NCBI GenBank assembly: GCA_964016885.1 | Contig: OZ024747.1 | Coordinates: forward strand, 17,670,001 to 17,734,000 | DNA length: 64,000 nt | Origin: Eledone cirrhosa | Lineage: Eukaryota | Direction of reading: 5' to 3' | Shown: positions 60,127-64,000 of the stretch, piece after piece | How the letters are laid out: each line of letters opens with the position of its first letter | How positions within the stretch are numbered: position 1 is the first letter of the stretch | The notes under the pieces: generated by a model | The model's database searches: none | What the model saw: the letters and a program-made list of their open reading frames with translations, nothing else | Told to the model about the DNA's origin: nothing | Made by a program: the position numbers and the translations under genes

Positions 60127-60746
60127 GTAAATATCTTTAAGTCGTTTGGAAGCCTCGACAATGCAAATGGGTAAATCTCCGGGTAACAAGATCCGGTGGT
60201 GGAGAGAGAGATGTAAGTGGGTGTACGTTGAGATGCGTGGTGTGTATAAGACGTGTAGAAGAATTAAGGAAAGAGTATAAAGGATAAAATTAAAATAAGA
60301 ACACGAGAGAGAGTTACCTTGGGAGAGATTTAATTGTCCGTATATATTTCGGATTCACACGTCCTCCGCTGTTTGTTGTTTTGAATATCAGATATTCAAA
60401 ACAACAAACAGCGGAGGACGCGTTTCGTACCTTTCCGACAGACAACCTTTCCCCCACCCCGGAAAAAAACCCCAGTTGATGGATGTGAATCCGAAATATA
60501 TACGGACAATTAAATCTCTCCCAAGTAACTCTCTCTCGTGTTCTTATTTTAATTTTATCCTTTATACTCTTTCCTTCATGTCTTATACACGCCACGCATC
60601 TCAATGTACACCCACTTACATCTCTCTCTCCACCACCGGATCTTGTTACCCGGAGATTTACCCATTTGCATTGTCGACGCTTCCAAACGACTTAAAGATA
60701 TTTACTTATTGTTCCACAATGCTTCAAGCAAACTTCAATACTCTCA
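60127..60746. mobile_element. (TA)n-embedded fold-back element: ~230-bp inverted arms plus an internal perfect 30-bp hairpin
   Basis: 60127-60359 is the near-perfect reverse complement of 60484-60705; 60360-60420 is a perfect hairpin with a 1-nt loop. Confidence 0.88.
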
Positions 60747-60768
60747 TATATATATATATTTATATACA

Positions 60769-60921
<153 letters not shown>

Positions 60922-61030
60922 ATATATATATATGCGTATGTATGTCTGTGTCTTTATGTAGGTGTAGTACAAGAGGGGCGTAGCTCATCTGTCTCACATG
61001 ACTTCTCACTGGTTGATCGTATTCAGAATG

Positions 61031-61064
<34 letters not shown>

Positions 61065-61588
61065 ATATTGTTGTTCTTGTTTCATATATATATTTCTGGT
61101 GGCTCGTTCAAATCCTCGTGCAGCCTTGCTCAGTAGTATGCAATCCTATTCTTATGCAAGAAATTCCATTGCTTAATTGATGGTCGAGAAGAAAGATAGA
61201 CGCCTTTGTTCAGTCGTCCCACATGTTTCGTTTTTCATATGTACAATATATCTTTCCGTATAAAAAGAAAATGCTTTGGTTACTATATATATATATTTGT
61301 TCCTTTTACTATATATATATTTTGTTCCTTTAACACCTTGTCCCTTCTACCATTTTATCAATTTTTAAGCTAACTCCAACAATAACAACACTTAGAATGA
61401 GGAATGTTCTAATAACTGACCAATGAGAGGAGAAGAGGAACTTTGACACTGAAATTCGTTTGTTTGAATTCATATGACTCCAGTTCCTCAGTGAATTAAC
61501 AACCCAACAAGGAACTGGGCATATCAGAGTATTGACTAAATTATACACCTAAACAACATATGTACTTGTCTATACCACACTAATTCAA

Positions 61589-61643
61589 ACTGCCTGAAGA
61601 GGTCACAGCCAAAGATGGCTGTCACTGAAATATATATAGCAGT
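61589..61643 (+). ncRNA. Minimal type I hammerhead ribozyme of Penelope type
   Basis: Stem I ACTGC/GCAGT, CTGAAGA, stem II ACAGCCA/TGGCTGT, GAAA, palindromic TATATATA stem III with AUA triplet, then AATAAA. Confidence 0.8.
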
Positions 61644-61878
61644 AATAAACGAAGCTAAATTTTAATCATTTGACTTTTATTTAACTTTAATTTATATATA
61701 TATATATATATTTAATACATTAACAGAGAAAGCTTTAAGCAATACTCCGACCGGCTTCCGTCTCACTCAACAAACATTAGGATATACCTTAGTATAATCC
61801 CAATTATACGTTTGGGGTGCTAACTATACGTATTTTGCGGATAGCCAGTTGTATTATTTTATATGAGACATAATTAAA

Positions 61879-61912
<34 letters not shown>

Positions 61913-61914
<2 letters not shown>

Positions 61915-62109
61915 CGAAGGAAATGTGATAAGGAACCAGGTGGACCATAACGCACCAAAGTACTCAATACTTGAGGTAGTAGAGTGGGTGATAGGAACCA
62001 GTAAGACCCCGACAGCTGAGCTCAAGCCGTTTCGACGGCTAATTCTGGACTAATGTCCAGAATTAGCCGTCGAAACGGCTTGAGCTCAGCTGTCGGGGTC
62101 TTACTGGTT

Positions 62110-62113
<4 letters not shown>
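61913..62113 (-). mobile_element. Family A module ending in a perfect ~59-bp-arm palindrome
   Basis: Arms 61992-62050 and 62055-62113, loop TAAT; TA runs on both sides. Confidence 0.88.
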
Positions 62114-62144
<31 letters not shown>

Positions 62145-62344
62145 ACCAAAGCATTTCCAATTTACCTACTTGTCAAAGCATCATTCATTAAATTATATTT
62201 ACTCTCATGTAAATCAGCGTAACTCGATCTATATAGCAGCCAGATTTACTCAAAACGCCTCAGAAATTTATATTACGAAACAACACGTTTGTATATGTTC
62301 TATATATACGAAAATACACCATACATATATTTCCAGCGGCACAC

Positions 62345-62394
<50 letters not shown>

Positions 62395-62666
62395 GATTAT
62401 ATCCGTATTTGTGGTTACATATACACAAATATACTTGCCCTCATATATGTACTTACGCACACATTTTCACCATACACACGCATTTGTACATACATATGTA
62501 CATTTGTGAGTGTATATACATACATATACACACAGCTAACTATATTTCCTTATATTTTTTTATATATTTATATGTCTATTGCATTACCTTTATTTATATA
62601 TATATATTTTTTTTTTTTTGCATTTCTTGAGGAGACTTTCCAAATTTTTCACTATGTTTTATATTG

Positions 62667-62744
62667 CCTTGTCCGACGAACGAATGAGGACGTTTCTTTC
62701 GTATTCGTCTTATTCGGGAAACCTCTGGTAATGAGGTAATTATA
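62667..62744 (+). ncRNA. Degenerate hammerhead-like motif (CCGACGA core)
   Basis: CCGACGA, stem II CGAATGAG..ACG/CGTCTTATTCG, GAAAC, stem III ACCTC/GAGGT, GUA; stem I is poor. Confidence 0.45.
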
Positions 62745-62888
62745 TTGTATTGTTTACTATACATTAAATTTTGCTCTGGTACTTACATAGAGCACTCTTC
62801 ACTCCTATGACTTTTTCAATTCCAACGGAAACTTCAATACATATATATATATATATATACATATGTGTGTATATATATATATATGTGT

Positions 62889-62956
<68 letters not shown>

Positions 62957-62977
62957 CATATATATATATATATATAT

Positions 62978-63221
62978 AACAAAGAACGTGTGGTAAGATA
63001 CCAGGTGGACCATAATGCACCAGAGTACTCGCAGAGTACTCGATACTTAGGGTAGTAGAGTGGGTAATAGGAAAAGAGTCAGGACCCCGATGGCTGAGCT
63101 CCGTTTCGACGGCTAGATCTGAACTAAGCCGCCAGTATTAGTACGGCGGGAATCTAGCTGAACACATCAAGGGGTACAGTCCATTTATGGGCATTCAGCC
63201 ATCGGGTTCCTGACTCTTTTC
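62978..63221 (-). mobile_element. Family A module with a longer spacer between the inverted arms
   Basis: AAAAGAGTCAGGACCCCGATGGCTGA ... TCAGCCATCGGGTTCCTGACTCTTTT; TA runs on both sides. Confidence 0.8.
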
Positions 63222-63323
63222 ATATATATATATATATATATATGAAATGTATGCATATTCTTGTGTTACGTCGATGTTTGACTTTGGCATGTCAAATAGT
63301 TTTTCATTGCTCAAATTTATCCA

Positions 63324-64000
63324 AGACTAGCATTAAAGCCCGGCGTTGCTCGGGGTCATTAAGTTACCAAAGTTAGGTTGCACCACCCATTTTATGGCAC
63401 CATTTTTTTGTCTGCCGGGCACTGGGTGAATGAATTGCAGACCTGGAAGCATGAGCTGCGCCAGCAGTGACAATTGTAGTTTCGCCTATGGATATTATCT
63501 CTGTGCAAAAAAGTGTTGAAATTTATTGTTTCACAGTACTTGCGCAACACGCGCGTAGACGATGCCAGCCGAACAACAGAGCTGCGATGGAGTTGTTCTG
63601 TTGGGTTGTCTGTGTGTTTTCTAAATTTAAGACAGTAGGGAGGGTTGTGATATGAGGGAGAGTTAGCTGTTGTTTCTAGCAGGTTTAGTGACCTCATAGA
63701 GGATATGTGTTTTCTAAATTTAAGACAGTAAGGAGTGGTGTGATATGGGGGAGAGTTAGCTGCTATTTCTAGCAGGTTTAGTGACCTCATAGAAGATATG
63801 TTTTCTAAATTTAAGACAGTAGGGAGGGGTGTGATATGGGGGAGAGTTAGTTGCTGTTTCTAGCAGGTTTAGTAACCTCATAGAGGATATGTGTTTTCTA
63901 AATTTAAGACAGTAGGGAGTGGTGTGAACGGACAGTATCACCATCAAGCTTGGAAAGAGAAAGTAGCAGAAAGTATGAAGTTGTATAGATTTTGAATGGT
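63324..64000 (+). mobile_element. Probable start of a Helitron-like element (extent uncertain)
   Basis: ACTAG..CCCGG-CGTTGC-TCGGG start, as at 32718. Confidence 0.45.
63613..63926 (-). repeat. ~91-93-bp tandem repeat (3.3 copies) built from the GCTAGAAATAGCAG family
   Basis: TGTTTTCTAAATTTAAGACAGTAGGGAG...GAGAGTTAGCTGCTATTTCTAGCAGGTTTAGTGACCTCATAGAGG is repeated. Confidence 0.9.

Overview
This is AT-rich eukaryotic non-coding DNA, intergenic or a very large intron. It is packed with (TA)n, (TG)n, (TC)n, (TAG)n and (AAC)n microsatellites, and no host protein-coding exon can be supported. Nearly all ORFs in the track are microsatellite translations. The repeat landscape suggests a coleoid cephalopod, probably an octopod (inference). 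Recognisable content: (1) about 25 copies of one tRNA-derived SINE family, several with target-site duplications; (2) truncated non-LTR retrotransposons of the CRE, R4/Dong, Tx1 (two copies) and RTE clades; (3) an internally deleted mariner with ~103-bp TIRs; (4) Helitron-like non-autonomous elements; (5) a Penelope RT fragment; (6) many short Penelope-like modules that sit in (TA)n tracts as partial-tandem or fold-back structures. The most interesting layer is self-cleaving-RNA architecture. There are several type I hammerhead motifs (well-formed, minimal and non-canonical), a dispersed repeat whose consensus follows HDV-like ribozyme topology, and a hairpin with compensatory base changes shared by two diverged TA-embedded elements. 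All structures were folded by eye, and no activity has been shown.
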